A stretch of 64,000 bases of DNA, taken from the IMG/VR virus record IMGVR_UViG_2939142107_000001, positions 1 to 64,000 of that record. The stretch is one strand, 5' to 3'. How positions within the stretch are numbered: position 1 is the first letter of the stretch; every line of letters starts with the position of its first letter. The notes under the pieces were generated by a model, which was not told where the DNA came from, searched no databases, and saw nothing but the letters and a program-made list of their open reading frames with translations. The position numbers were made by a program, and so were the translations under genes. Positions 30,150 through 39,471 of this stretch are shown in pieces. This DNA is from a virus. Lineage: Duplodnaviria > Heunggongvirae > Uroviricota > Caudoviricetes.

Positions 30150-30363
30150 CTTCAAGAGCGAGCGCATACTGCATCCAGGCCAATCTAACTTTCATTCGAC
30201 CAGAGTGTCACCTCTCAAAAGCATTTTTTAACTCTGGTCGTTCAGCCTTTTTGCCGCTCGCCTTATCCTCAAAAATTAGCTCACATCCTGCGCTTTCAAG
30301 GGCATTTCGTTGCTAAGCAGTGTTTTGTTCATTTGTTGATACGCGTACATAGCCTATTAGCAT
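30150..30363 (-). pseudogene. cin: cin DNA invertase pseudogene: N-terminal remnant only, with multiple lesions
   Basis: Minus-strand translation from the ATG at 30363 reads MLIGYVRVSTNEQNTA*QRNALESAGCELIFEDKASGKKAERPELKNAFER*. After a frameshift it reads GDTLVE*KLDWPGCSMRSL. The serine-recombinase catalytic motif is present, but there is an amber stop at codon 17, a frameshift, an opal stop, and loss of the 3' two thirds. The lower boundary is approximate. Confidence 0.85.
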
Positions 30364-30490
30364 ATTTTCTACTCACTATCGTTATTTATAGCAAGCTGCG
30401 GATTTTGATTAACAGAAACCAGTGTGTGTGGAAATCACAAAGTGCATACCGTGCCCCAATGATGTTTTATTGAAAAGCGGGGGTACTTTA

Positions 30491-30772
30491 ATGTTTGATT
30501 TAACAATATTTTTTATAACCATCCTTGGAGGCGTGCATTCGTTTCTGAATGGGGTTCGTGAAAAACGTTACGAAGCGTCATGCAGGCAATTGATGGCCGA
30601 GTGTATTGCTGCCGTACTTGCAGGCTTTATAGGCATGTATTTCGCGGAATATAAGGGTATGGATGAAAGTCTTCAGAATTGCGTGACTATTATTTGCAGC
30701 ATCAATAACAAGCTCATTCTTGAAAAGTCACAAAGGATTATCGATTCGTACCTCAATAGAAATGCCTCTTAA
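30491..30772 (+). CDS. Holin-like membrane protein, paralogue of LydA
   Basis: ILGGVHSFLNGVREKR...IAAVLAGFIGMYFAEYKG aligns by eye with LydA VIGGIGTFLMDVRDGR...FVAVTAGAVAYLLGQHEG. ATG at 30491 follows a G-rich RBS; the ORF is open from 30422. Confidence 0.6.
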   Translation: MFDLTIFFITILGGVHSFLNGVREKRYEASCRQLMAECIAAVLAGFIGMYFAEYKGMDESLQNCVTIICSINNKLILEKSQRIIDSYLNRNAS

Positions 30773-30789
30773 GCAACAAATGACCGGTT

Positions 30790-30811
30790 GAGAAGTTACT
30801 TTGCATACCAT
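30790..30811 (+). promoter_or_regulatory. Candidate late promoter of the lydA-darA operon
   Basis: GAGAAGTTACTTTGCATACCAT resembles the other late-promoter elements in this window. The -10 is weak. Confidence 0.35.
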
Positions 30812-30839
30812 TACCTCCTGACAACGTAGGAGGGAACTT

Positions 30840-31169
30840 GTGCTTGACACACAGGAATTAGCTCCAGTTGCTATTGCGTTCCTGCTTTCAGTAATTGGTG
30901 GGATAGGCACGTTCCTGATGGATGTCCGAGACGGTCGCCAGTCTGGCAATTTGTTGGGATTGGTTACGGAGATCTTTGTTGCAGTGACAGCTGGCGCGGT
31001 GGCGTACCTATTGGGGCAACACGAGGGCTGGGAGTTATCAATTACGTACTTAATGGTAACGATAGCCAGCAATAACGGTCATGAGGTGATTTCAGGGATG
31101 AAACGAGTGAATATCGATAGCATTCTGAATGTTCTTACAAGTTTGGTGAAAAAGGGAGGCGGGAAATGA
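30840..31169 (+). CDS. lydA: Holin LydA
   Basis: 109 aa; GTG start after GGAGGGAAC; recognised as P1 LydA with three hydrophobic segments. Confidence 0.85.
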   Translation: MLDTQELAPVAIAFLLSVIGGIGTFLMDVRDGRQSGNLLGLVTEIFVAVTAGAVAYLLGQHEGWELSITYLMVTIASNNGHEVISGMKRVNIDSILNVLTSLVKKGGGK

Positions 31170-31609
31170 TTGGCTGGGGTGTATGCGTTCTTGCGTTAGC
31201 CTTAGCCGATCGCTGTTTGCTAAAACGCAAGGACATCACGCATTTAGAACTTGGTGATGTGGAAATTAAACCGGGTTTCATCCGAGTGCCGTTCAAATAC
31301 CGGTCTAAATTCCCGTTTTTGCGCGGCGCAACGGTCAGATATTGGATCCGCGATGTTCAGAAGCCGACGACAGTGATTGAAGGCGAACAACGTTGTCTGA
31401 CGTCGGCTGAACAGGGCGAAAACAGTGAATGGTTGTACATACCCACTGAATATATGGGTATAGGAGATCGACTGTGGCATTTCAACGTCATGGTTACGCA
31501 TGGCGACTCGTTCATTAACCCGTTGTATCGGATTTTCCCTGTTACTCAGCAAATCCGCAGAAGTTACGTAATAAATCTCGCACAGGATGTGTCAGATGAC
31601 GAAAAATAA
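31166..31609 (+). CDS. lydB: Antiholin LydB
   Basis: 147 aa; ATGA overlap with lydA; assigned by synteny. Confidence 0.8.
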   Translation: MIGWGVCVLALALADRCLLKRKDITHLELGDVEIKPGFIRVPFKYRSKFPFLRGATVRYWIRDVQKPTTVIEGEQRCLTSAEQGENSEWLYIPTEYMGIGDRLWHFNVMVTHGDSFINPLYRIFPVTQQIRRSYVINLAQDVSDDEK

Positions 31610-32198
31610 GTATGCAACGGTCGATTTTGACCAGGTTAATGAAAAGGGGCTGAAATCCCTTATCGCGGCGATCAATAAAACCGGGGTTACGGTAATTGAG
31701 GTTGACTCCAGCAACCGCGCAACAACGAAAGATGGCGTTAAAGTTAAAACCGCAAAGCTGGTTCTTAACGACGGACAAATTCTTGCCATACAGGTAAACG
31801 ATACTGGCGATATATCGTCTGTGAAACTGAATGGAAAAGCTATTCCTAACGCTCAGTCGCCGGATATCAAGACGCTTGGTACCGTCATGGGACAAGCGGC
31901 CCGCAAAAACTCCGCAAAATTCCAGAAATCACTGATCGCCAAAGCGAAGCGTGTTGCCAATCCGGTAGACAAGAAACCGGCAGTTAAATCCAACTTTCAG
32001 CGCCTGCAAGAAGCAAAACAGCGGAATGCTCAGGTGGTTGCCGCTTATAAGTCCGCGCAGAATTCGGTGTCTTTCAATCAACAGCAGATCACTGATTTGC
32101 GGGCGAAGCTGGATAAGGAGACGGGCCGACTCAATAACGAAAAGGCACGGAATGGCGAACTCAAACGTCGTCTTAAGCAACTGAAAGCAGGAAATTAA
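31596..32198 (+). CDS. hdf: Hdf (Dar system/head-size accessory protein)
   Basis: 200 aa from MTKNKYATVDF; immediately upstream of darA. Confidence 0.65.
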   Translation: MTKNKYATVDFDQVNEKGLKSLIAAINKTGVTVIEVDSSNRATTKDGVKVKTAKLVLNDGQILAIQVNDTGDISSVKLNGKAIPNAQSPDIKTLGTVMGQAARKNSAKFQKSLIAKAKRVANPVDKKPAVKSNFQRLQEAKQRNAQVVAAYKSAQNSVSFNQQQITDLRAKLDKETGRLNNEKARNGELKRRLKQLKAGN

Positions 32199-32199
32199 C

Positions 32200-34119
32200 A
32201 TGGAACAGTTCAATATCAATAAAGGGGTGACGATCAAGCCCGGGCTTGACGTGCTTCCCCCGCCAGTGACTGATGATGAATATCGCGCATTAATGGCCGG
32301 TGAGGACCGCTATCTGATGACGGAATCCAATACCCTGGAGGAAATCGAGGCTACGTTCTTCTATGACACGCCGATCCACTGGTGTGCTACGGATTTACTG
32401 GAGGCGATTAGTTCTACTCGTTTGCAGTTACACCGGACCATGCAGGCATTTGTCCGGGCATTGAACCAGAAGCTGAATGGTACCGGAATCTCTGCGGGGA
32501 GTGATAAAACGGGGGATGTGGCCCAGAACGGTGCACGCGCGATCGGCGGTGCTGAAATTGGCCGGGCACGTAACGTTAACGGGCTGCCGGTCCTGCCAGC
32601 CATTATTCCGCTCAGTGATGGTCAGACTATCAGCATTTTGTTTCATAGCCCGACAGCGGAAAACCGGATCACCAATAGCGATACGCTGGTTGCTTTCCAG
32701 TTCTTACTGAATAAAAAAGACGTTACTCACACCGTTGCTCCGATGAGTGGACGTGATATGACGCTGGCGCAGGTCACCATGAAACTTGCCAACCTTGCAG
32801 AGAAAAACTCGGCAAAATTCCAGCGTGCGCAGAAGAAGAAAAAAGCCCTGGTTGATGAAATAACCCAACTACAGGCTGACAGTGACCAGAAAGAGGATGC
32901 CATGAGCGACCTCGCGGATCAGGTGGCAGCGGTAGAAGGCCAGAAGGCAGATCTGGAGCAGAAAATTAACGCGGTTGCTTCGGAAGCGGATTCTCTTTAT
33001 CAAGAAAATGAGCGTTTGCAGGCGGAGATTGATCAGCTCAATCGTACTGGTGGGCGCGATACCATTGCTCCAGCGGGGATGACTGGTGGGCACTCTCGCG
33101 CGCTAACGGATCGCCTTGCCAGTATCAAAAATCGTATGCATATGGACGGGGAAGCGACGCTCAGTAATGGTGCATCAATGAAGCAATTCATTGGGGATGG
33201 CGAAGGGTATATCCAGTTAACCGATCCGGATGGCAGCGTATACATGATCAAGGCTAAATCCATACAGGGTGTGGACATGGCAGATGCGATCGGCAAGCTG
33301 TTTAAAGCCTATAAAGCGGGTAATGTATCGGAATATTTGGTCCAGCCAGAAGAACATAAACCAGAAAACGTCGAACCTGAACCAGCGGAGGATACCGGTA
33401 GCTCTTCGCCTGAACCAGAAGTCTCTGTAGGTGCATATCGATATGCCCTGCAAATGCGTCCGGCGGCCCCTGGCGCGATACCTGAAGGTAACAAAGCAAT
33501 TCTTCCGCGCCCTGATGAAGGTGACCCGTATTATGAATATGCACGCTACGGCATTGCTACTTACGATACCCCGCTTTCTGATCAGCAAATGAGTGAGTAC
33601 GACCTGAAGTTATTGCCTCGCGAGGATTCTTTCGACTTCCTGGCGAAGACACTTACTAATGGTCCGTTTGGCAAATATGCACAAAAAGCTCTGGAGCTAG
33701 CCACCAGCTCACCAGACGAGTTCCGCGTAATGCTGAAAACTCAGTTTCAAAAAACTTTCCCCAATATTGCGTTTCCAGGGGGCGCTGGCATCGAGAAAAT
33801 GGTGCAGAGCATGATCAATGCATTGCAGGCCGAAGTCGGTGAGATTACTCAACCAGAACCGGTCCCGGCACAGCCTGATGAAACGGTTAGCGAAGCAGAT
33901 GCAGAGGCTAATAAAGCCATTGAATATCTCAATAGCGTGATGGATATGCAAAGCACTGACATGGCGGAGATCCGTAACGCCCGGGGTAATGTCCGGGAAG
34001 CGATTGCAGCCCTTCAGGCTGCCGGGCGTTTTGAGGAAAACGAAGAGCTGGTTAATGGCGCAGCTCGCCACCTGGCTGATCTGCTGGTAGCAATCCAGAA
34101 AGCGGGGGTAGCGGCATGA
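32200..34119 (+). CDS. darA: DarA, internal head protein of the Dar antirestriction system
   Basis: 639 aa. Size and position match P1 darA. Confidence 0.85.
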   Translation: MEQFNINKGVTIKPGLDVLPPPVTDDEYRALMAGEDRYLMTESNTLEEIEATFFYDTPIHWCATDLLEAISSTRLQLHRTMQAFVRALNQKLNGTGISAGSDKTGDVAQNGARAIGGAEIGRARNVNGLPVLPAIIPLSDGQTISILFHSPTAENRITNSDTLVAFQFLLNKKDVTHTVAPMSGRDMTLAQVTMKLANLAEKNSAKFQRAQKKKKALVDEITQLQADSDQKEDAMSDLADQVAAVEGQKADLEQKINAVASEADSLYQENERLQAEIDQLNRTGGRDTIAPAGMTGGHSRALTDRLASIKNRMHMDGEATLSNGASMKQFIGDGEGYIQLTDPDGSVYMIKAKSIQGVDMADAIGKLFKAYKAGNVSEYLVQPEEHKPENVEPEPAEDTGSSSPEPEVSVGAYRYALQMRPAAPGAIPEGNKAILPRPDEGDPYYEYARYGIATYDTPLSDQQMSEYDLKLLPREDSFDFLAKTLTNGPFGKYAQKALELATSSPDEFRVMLKTQFQKTFPNIAFPGGAGIEKMVQSMINALQAEVGEITQPEPVPAQPDETVSEADAEANKAIEYLNSVMDMQSTDMAEIRNARGNVREAIAALQAAGRFEENEELVNGAARHLADLLVAIQKAGVAA

Positions 34120-34481
34120 CACTATCAGCTATTGAGTTAATGGACCTCAGCGACAAGTTGGATTCTCTGATGTCCAAAGCTGCTACCGCGAGTGGCATGG
34201 AGTTGCTGGATATCAGCGATGAAATTGACCAGATCATGCAACAGATGGGGTACGGCGCGTCCGGCGGCGGTAGTGGCGAGGAAAAACAACCTTCGGTACA
34301 TGATGGTGTGCCAAAACTGGTTGCTGATTTCCTGGCTGATAAATTCGTCGATCAGAGCACCGATGCATTTATCGGTACGTTGCAGGACTTGAGTCAATAT
34401 GTTGGCACATACATCGATCTGGACCAGGTTAAACAGCACACGGCGGCATGGATAGCCGCCAACATTAAAGAGGCAGCATAA
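34116..34481 (+). CDS. ddrA: DdrA
   Basis: 121 aa; ATGA overlap with darA. Confidence 0.7.
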   Translation: MTLSAIELMDLSDKLDSLMSKAATASGMELLDISDEIDQIMQQMGYGASGGGSGEEKQPSVHDGVPKLVADFLADKFVDQSTDAFIGTLQDLSQYVGTYIDLDQVKQHTAAWIAANIKEAA

Positions 34482-34493
34482 GGCGTAACAGGG

Positions 34494-37481
34494 ATGAGCT
34501 TAAGCGATCAGGTGGTAATGGCCACCAGCATAGAAACGCTGATCGAGCTGCTAAAAAACCTGCCCAATTACGGGCGGGTTTCGTATGTGGTGACAGCGAA
34601 GGGAGACGAGGTAAAAACAGCGTTTGATATCGTCGATGCCTCAGCTCTTTTGGTATCCAATACTCTGGACGGGAAAATTAACCCTGACTATCCCCAGGAA
34701 CTTCAGCCGCGCGACCGGACCCGCGCATCCAATCTTCTTCAGGTCAACCAGATATCCAAGGATTTGCGTCCTGCCCAGCTTACCGATTCCGGTTTATCCA
34801 GCCATGGCGCGCCGATAATTGGTGAGGACAATGCCGTTGAGTCAGGTAATGGACGGACCATGGGGATCATCAAAGCCTATCAGGACGGCAATGCGGATCG
34901 GTATCGTGAGTACCTGATTGATCATGCGACCGAATTCGGCATACGACCTGAAAAGGTTGAATCAATGGCGGCTCCGGTACTGGTGCGCCGACGGTTAACT
35001 AAGGTTGACCGCGTTCAGTTTGCCAAGGACTCAAATATTTCTGATCTTCAGGAAATGGCAGCCAGTGAAAAGGCTTTTGTTGATGCTGACAGCATAACTC
35101 CGGCGATGATGGCGCTGTTTAACCCATCAGAAAGTGGAGATCTGCTTAGCCGCAGTAATGACGCGTTTATTCGCGGATTCATGACGCAAGTTGGTGCCAC
35201 ACAGGCTGCTGGCCTTGTAACGGAAGATGGGCGACCAACACGGCAACTTGTAGACCGTATACAAAACGCGATCTTTGCCAAGGCATATAAGGATGCGCGC
35301 CTGGTAAGGATGGTTGCAGAAGAACCTGATCCGGATATGCGTAATGTTCTGACGGCGCTTAATGCGGCAGCCAATGATTTTGTCCAGATGCAGGCTTTGT
35401 CAGGAGAAGCGCACAAGCAGGCTGTGACAACTATTGTTGATGGCATTGAGACAGCGGATAGCCTCGATAAAAAGGCGCTGGCGGCATTGAAAGATGCGGT
35501 AGACCTGGTAAGGCAATCGAAGGAGTCAGGCCAGCATATTACCGATGTTATTGCTCAGGGGGATATGTTCAGCGAAACGGCCCCGGAAGTGAAAGCACTC
35601 GCGTTGTTTATCGTCGCGAATAACCGTAGCGCGAAGCGTATGGCCACCGCCTTTAAGTTGATGGCGCAACGTATCAATGATGAGTTACAGCACCAGGGCC
35701 AGGCGCTCGGGGATATGTTTGGCGGCGGCGATGTGTCGTTACAGGATATCCTTCGCCAGGTGTCTCAGGAACTGGAAAACGAAGGCATGCAAGGGATATC
35801 CGGCGGTCTTTTCGAGTCCGTTTCCGGCGGTAGCTACAACGGTGTTGCTCCGTATACCAGTTTGCTATTACATCGGGCATCCGGCATCAAAGACATTATT
35901 CATCTGATCAGGCTGCTTTCCCGCACAGATCCCCAGGATGAACAGCTTGTACAAGTGCTTGCGCATTTTGTTCGAATGCCTGTTGCCGACGTGAAAAAAT
36001 GGTGCCGATTATTCGGTATCAGCAATTCGTTACTTCGCGGCTTGTTAAATCACGCATCCTCCCTTGGGCGCGATGGCTTTGATGAGATAGCGCAGGCGAT
36101 AAAAAACGGAGATATGCCACCAGCTATTGACTGGTTTTCCATTCGCCCAACCAGGGTGAAAGCATTCCTTAGCGCGGCGCATACGGCATCACCATTGGCA
36201 GAAATGGTTCAGAGGCTGTCGCTCATATTCACAGATCATACCGCGTTGGGTGATCTGACTCTTGACGAGATGAAAGAAGCATCCATTCAGTGGGCCGATC
36301 AACAAAATGAGGTTAACTCTGACTTCTTGCCAGCATTCAGGAAGGCCGTTAGTAAAGCGGATGATGCCCGTGGAATTCTGAAGGCATTTAAGGCATTGCA
36401 AAGTCGGGTTAATAAACATGTCGGTGATATCGATGGGGTAACGGCGGAAGGCAGGGATATCCTTAAAGAGCACGGCATAACGCCAGAGTTTATTGATGAG
36501 ATCAGGACTGATATGCAGCGTGAGGTCGTATCGTCCCTGCAAATCGTAGCCAGAGCGTTGGCGGATGCTAATCCGAAGAGTGCGGCCATTGTTAACCAGG
36601 TTATTGGTGATATTGAAGCATCGGAGGGCATGGGGGCGCTGAAACTCTTCCTTTCGCGAGCGTTTAATCCTAACGGCAATATTCTCCCTGGCATTATTGG
36701 TGAGGCTAAAAAGTATGTCAGCGAAGAAGAACTTGAGCATCTTGACCAACTACTTAAGCGATTCTCATATAACCCGCAGACACGCTGGCAAATGAATCAG
36801 CGAAGTATGGGTTCGGTCCACGAGAAAGTGTTATCTGCCATGAACAGTGCGATCGCCAACTCATCCGTATCTGAAGAAAAAGCTCTTGAGTGGGCCGACT
36901 CTTTTATCACGGAAGAAGTGGAAGAAGCCCGCGCTGGACAGAATGGTGGGATAAACCTGCGCAAGGAACTTGCTGATATTTATCGCCTGACTGGCGGGAA
37001 AATATCGACCTTATCAAAGGTGGTTCACCACCAGGGAAGGGCATATGCAAATCTAAATGGTGTTGTTGCTGTCAATTTGAACGATGAAAATGCAAGAGCA
37101 CTGTGGCACGAGCTGGGTCATCATCTTGAGTACAGTAACCCCGGTTTGTTAGAGAAAGCCCGGTCATTCCTGAAGGCCAATGTTGAAGGGGGTAAGCTAT
37201 CTTTCGTCAATATCGGTGGGCGTGGCAAGCCTGAATGGTGCTTCAGATCTCGATTGAGTAATATTTATATGGCGAAGGTATACCCGCCAGTCTCAGTGAG
37301 TAACTCCGGGAAAATTCGGCAGAAATCACCGACTATTTCCAAAACGTCAGCAACGGAAGTATTCTCTATGGCTCTTCAGTTGTATCATGACAAAGAGGCC
37401 GCTGCCGCATCACTGATGAATGGTGACGGATTGCTGGAACTGTTATTAGGTGTGGCAAAGGAGCTAAATAATGCAGATTAA
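34494..37481 (+). CDS. ddrB: DdrB, large Dar-operon head protein
   Basis: 995 aa; assigned by synteny. Confidence 0.75.
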   Translation: MSLSDQVVMATSIETLIELLKNLPNYGRVSYVVTAKGDEVKTAFDIVDASALLVSNTLDGKINPDYPQELQPRDRTRASNLLQVNQISKDLRPAQLTDSGLSSHGAPIIGEDNAVESGNGRTMGIIKAYQDGNADRYREYLIDHATEFGIRPEKVESMAAPVLVRRRLTKVDRVQFAKDSNISDLQEMAASEKAFVDADSITPAMMALFNPSESGDLLSRSNDAFIRGFMTQVGATQAAGLVTEDGRPTRQLVDRIQNAIFAKAYKDARLVRMVAEEPDPDMRNVLTALNAAANDFVQMQALSGEAHKQAVTTIVDGIETADSLDKKALAALKDAVDLVRQSKESGQHITDVIAQGDMFSETAPEVKALALFIVANNRSAKRMATAFKLMAQRINDELQHQGQALGDMFGGGDVSLQDILRQVSQELENEGMQGISGGLFESVSGGSYNGVAPYTSLLLHRASGIKDIIHLIRLLSRTDPQDEQLVQVLAHFVRMPVADVKKWCRLFGISNSLLRGLLNHASSLGRDGFDEIAQAIKNGDMPPAIDWFSIRPTRVKAFLSAAHTASPLAEMVQRLSLIFTDHTALGDLTLDEMKEASIQWADQQNEVNSDFLPAFRKAVSKADDARGILKAFKALQSRVNKHVGDIDGVTAEGRDILKEHGITPEFIDEIRTDMQREVVSSLQIVARALADANPKSAAIVNQVIGDIEASEGMGALKLFLSRAFNPNGNILPGIIGEAKKYVSEEELEHLDQLLKRFSYNPQTRWQMNQRSMGSVHEKVLSAMNSAIANSSVSEEKALEWADSFITEEVEEARAGQNGGINLRKELADIYRLTGGKISTLSKVVHHQGRAYANLNGVVAVNLNDENARALWHELGHHLEYSNPGLLEKARSFLKANVEGGKLSFVNIGGRGKPEWCFRSRLSNIYMAKVYPPVSVSNSGKIRQKSPTISKTSATEVFSMALQLYHDKEAAAASLMNGDGLLELLLGVAKELNNAD

Positions 37482-37788
37482 AATCGCGGCGCCATTAGGC
37501 GGAGATGCCATTATCGAATTTGATGATAATGAAGAAGTTTCCGGGCGTTTAAGCATTATCTCCGGTGACATTACCGAGGACATGATCGCTGAAGCCATAG
37601 CTGGGGCAAATCCCAATAGCTATATGGGATTCGTTAACACCCTTGATGCTCCCGCAAGTGATGTTCTCCGAACGCTGCATCTTTACGCTGGCTGGTTTGT
37701 TGATTGGCCAGCAGTAGAGGGTGGCGATGAGGACGACGACGATGACGACGATGATTTTGGGGATCATGTAGACCAGATCGTATATTGA
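37471..37788 (+). CDS. Small acidic protein with a poly-Asp tract, last gene of the dar operon
   Basis: 105 aa; overlaps the ddrB stop by 11 nt. C-terminal GGDEDDDDDDDDFGDH. Followed by a strong terminator. Confidence 0.6.
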   Translation: MQIKIAAPLGGDAIIEFDDNEEVSGRLSIISGDITEDMIAEAIAGANPNSYMGFVNTLDAPASDVLRTLHLYAGWFVDWPAVEGGDEDDDDDDDDFGDHVDQIVY

Positions 37789-37790
37789 AG

Positions 37791-37820
37791 AAATCCCGCC
37801 AATCGGCGGGATTTTTTTTA
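37791..37820. terminator. Bidirectional rho-independent terminator
   Basis: AAATCCCGCC-AATC-GGCGGGATTT followed by TTTTTT. The complement also ends in a U run for the convergent minus-strand gene. Confidence 0.85.
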
Positions 37821-38612
37821 ATCGCTTTCCACTTCTTCCGTAGTGTTTTCTTGCAGTTCTGTTAATGCAGCACGACACAGGTTCCGGGCATTGGCTATAG
37901 CCACACTTTTGACTTCATCCGTCATCGTGCAGGTAATGTACTGATCGAGTTCTTCAGCGCGGATGATGCTTTTGCCAATCAGAAACTGTATTTGCCAGAG
38001 CAGATCAGCATCCATAATCAGAATTTCTGCCGGGCCTTCAGGACCAGCCGGGAAGGAAACATAAGACTGTTTGCCCAGGCCGATAACTCGACAACTTGCT
38101 TCAAGAATTGCGCGATTGAGGTCTGACTTTGTAACTGAAACAGGTTGATTTTCACCTGTGATTACGCCGTTGACATGGATGTGGAATGGCATGTAGCTTG
38201 AAATTCGCTCTACTTTCCATACGCCAGCAAGCGATCCTTCATGCAGCACAATGGGGGTAACCGCGAGTTTCATCTCACCATATAACTGCTGGCAGATAGC
38301 TGGATTGCTGAATACATCCAAAGGTTCACACTCAAACAGCGGCGCAATCTGTATGAGGTCCATCATGGTCATACCAGGGGTACGAGCAGTAATGAATCTG
38401 CGCATGCCAGTATCCATTGTGCGCCAGATAGCTACACCATGCTTTTTGCTCACTTCTTCAGTAAAGCCAAGGTGGCACATGATGGTTTTTTCGATAGCCA
38501 GATCAGAGATAGAAACCTTTTCGCCAGGTACACCATCATTATTGATGGTCACTTCTACACTCTGGCCATTACGCAGGCGGTATTGAATGGTTTTAGTATT
38601 TTGTGCTGTCAT
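37818..38612 (-). CDS. Hypothetical 264-aa protein downstream of ssb
   Basis: Clean ORF with no motif I recognise. Same strand as ssb. Confidence 0.65.
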   Translation of the reverse strand: MTAQNTKTIQYRLRNGQSVEVTINNDGVPGEKVSISDLAIEKTIMCHLGFTEEVSKKHGVAIWRTMDTGMRRFITARTPGMTMMDLIQIAPLFECEPLDVFSNPAICQQLYGEMKLAVTPIVLHEGSLAGVWKVERISSYMPFHIHVNGVITGENQPVSVTKSDLNRAILEASCRVIGLGKQSYVSFPAGPEGPAEILIMDADLLWQIQFLIGKSIIRAEELDQYITCTMTDEVKSVAIANARNLCRAALTELQENTTEEVESD

Positions 38613-38626
38613 AGTCTTTTCTCTGC

Positions 38627-38809
38627 TTAAAAACTGATGTATTGCGCCTTCAGGTTGGTTAGGAATGTTTTCCCACCAGCGAAAGCAATATCTCGGGGTG
38701 TTCTATTCGTTAAAAGCGCGTGCCATTGCCAACTTTGGCGTTTGTTTGCGAGTTCGTGCTTTTGTCGGCGTCTTGACCACCGCTTTTCTTTCAGTCGTTT
38801 TTTACTCAT
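38627..38809 (-). CDS. Possible small basic protein between ssb and the 264-aa ORF
   Basis: 60-aa Lys/Arg-rich ORF starting 6 nt after the ssb stop. May be spurious. Confidence 0.3.
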   Translation of the reverse strand: MSKKRLKEKRWSRRRQKHELANKRQSWQWHALLTNRTPRDIAFAGGKTFLTNLKAQYISF

Positions 38810-38814
38810 AAACT

Positions 38815-39303
38815 CTAAAACGGAATATCGTCGTCAAAGTCCATTGGAGGTTCGTTATTGGCGTTGCTCTGAGGTTTACCGCCACCACTGTATTGCTGGT
38901 GGTTTTGAGGTTGGTTCGATTGCCCCCAGCCATTTGAGGACTGTGAATCGTCACGGCGAGCGCCGATCATTTGCATGGTGCCGCCCTGGCTGACGATAAT
39001 TTCCGTCGTGTAACGTTCTACACCGGCGTCATCTGTCCACTTACGGGTTTTAAGTTTCCCTTCGATGTAGACCTGAGAACCTTTTCGTAAATACTCACTC
39101 GCAATTTCAGCAAGTTTCCCGAACAAAACGACTCTATGCCATTCTGTTTGCTCTTTCTGTTGGCCCGTTTGCTTGTCGCGCCATGATTCATTTGTTGCGA
39201 TGCTTAGTCTTCCGACCGCTCCGCCATTTGGTATATACCTGATCTCCGGGTCTTGCCCCAGGGTACCAATCAGGATGACTTTGTTTACACCGCGTTGTGC
39301 CAC
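38815..39303 (-). CDS. ssb: Single-stranded DNA-binding protein
   Basis: OB-fold SSB sequence with the canonical acidic tail MDFDDDIPF. Confidence 0.95.
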   Translation of the reverse strand: MAQRGVNKVILIGTLGQDPEIRYIPNGGAVGRLSIATNESWRDKQTGQQKEQTEWHRVVLFGKLAEIASEYLRKGSQVYIEGKLKTRKWTDDAGVERYTTEIIVSQGGTMQMIGARRDDSQSSNGWGQSNQPQNHQQYSGGGKPQSNANNEPPMDFDDDIPF

Positions 39304-39322
39304 TTATCTTACCTAATAAAAT

Positions 39323-39339
39323 AAAATGATTAGAGCAAT
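39323..39339 (-). promoter_or_regulatory. C1 operator upstream of ssb
   Basis: AAAATGATTAGAGCAAT matches the operator consensus at 15/17. Confidence 0.65.
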
Positions 39340-39471
39340 AATGTATATCTTTGAAACGTAGCTAACAAGTGATTTGCATTATCCTGTGCCTTCTAAAGGG
39401 ATCGAGTCAGTCGGTATTGGCTGTGAATGGGTGTTTGTCCTGGAGCGTAAAAATTCGCTTATGAGGTCTTT

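Noticed and set aside
30119-30316. 65-aa plus-strand ORF downstream of U
   Set aside because: It is the antisense shadow of the cin remnant. The meaningful reading is on the minus strand (MLIGYVRVSTNEQ...).
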